Assembly (NCBI RefSeq): GCF_009834535.1
Contig: NC_045706.1
Span: 22,010,001 to 22,074,000, forward strand
DNA length: 64,000 nt
From: Camelus ferus
Lineage: Eukaryota
Direction: 5' to 3'
Shown: piece by piece, positions 63,645 through 64,000 of the stretch
How positions within the stretch are numbered: the first letter of the stretch is position 1
Layout: each line of letters opens with the position of its first letter
Notes under the pieces: generated by a model
The model's database searches: none
The model's input: the letters and a program-made list of their open reading frames with translations, nothing else
Told to the model about the DNA's origin: nothing
Program-made: the position numbers and the translations under genes

Positions 63645-63845
63645 AAGGGATGGGTGATGGGGATAAAGGGGAGATGCTCTTCAATGGGTATAAAGTTTCA
63701 GGCAAGCAAGATGATCAAGTTCTAGAGACGTGCTGTACAACACTGTGCTTATAGTTAACAGCACTGCACTGCACTGCACAGCTGGAAGAGTATGATTAGA
63801 AGGTAGATCTCATATTATGTATCTTCTTGCTATTAAAAAAAACAA
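63645..63845 (+). mobile_element. L1MA-like 3' end
   Basis: aatgggtataaagtttca..caagttctagagacgtgctgtacaaca..aggtagatctca. Confidence 0.8.
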
Positions 63846-64000
63846 GAAAGGGTGGGGGAGAACAAGACTACAGTTTACACTTATTTTACATGCATTTTTA
63901 CATTCCTGGTAACATATCAAGAAAAAAAACACTCTTAGCAAATATCAACACTGCCAAAATGAACACCAATCAGTAGGTAGTTGCAATTGCTCTTTGAATG

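Larger units (their letters stand above)
59076..64000 (-). other. SORCS3: SORCS3 intron upstream of the exon
   Basis: AG acceptor at 59077-59076; no preceding exon sequence (..YLYVNPTNKRK) seen. Confidence 0.75.

Overview
This is eukaryotic, not microbial, DNA: 64 kb from inside the large neuronal gene SORCS3 (Vps10p-domain receptor), transcribed on the minus strand. Only one coding exon is present (58917-59075, 159 bp, phase 0/0, IMLLGDPEIESS...WVLAYSLDQK, probably exon 4); everything else is intron. The species is most likely a camelid, from a Vic-1-type tRNA-derived SINE, camelid-like L1 3' ends, and no ruminant Bov SINEs or BovB that I could see. The intron is largely ancient repeats (L1, L2, L3/CR1, MIR, MLT1, hAT and Tigger MITEs), with a 396-N assembly gap. 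I found no new protein-coding system, and the other ORFs in the track look spurious. The best leads are: (1) a 1.26-kb Mutator-like (MULE) transposon relic with long TIRs and a decayed FLYWCH plus DDE transposase, a class that is rare in mammals; (2) a 34-bp minisatellite that arose inside a MIR 415 nt downstream of the exon, carrying about 68 YCAY (NOVA-type) motifs on the pre-mRNA strand; (3) a probable 3'UTR-only retrocopy that places a complete poly(A) site in sense orientation in the intron; (4) an octamer/E-box-rich candidate enhancer; (5) an unexplained ~110-bp duplication. Repeat family names come from recalled consensus sequences. Repeat boundaries are approximate unless TSDs or TIRs are quoted.
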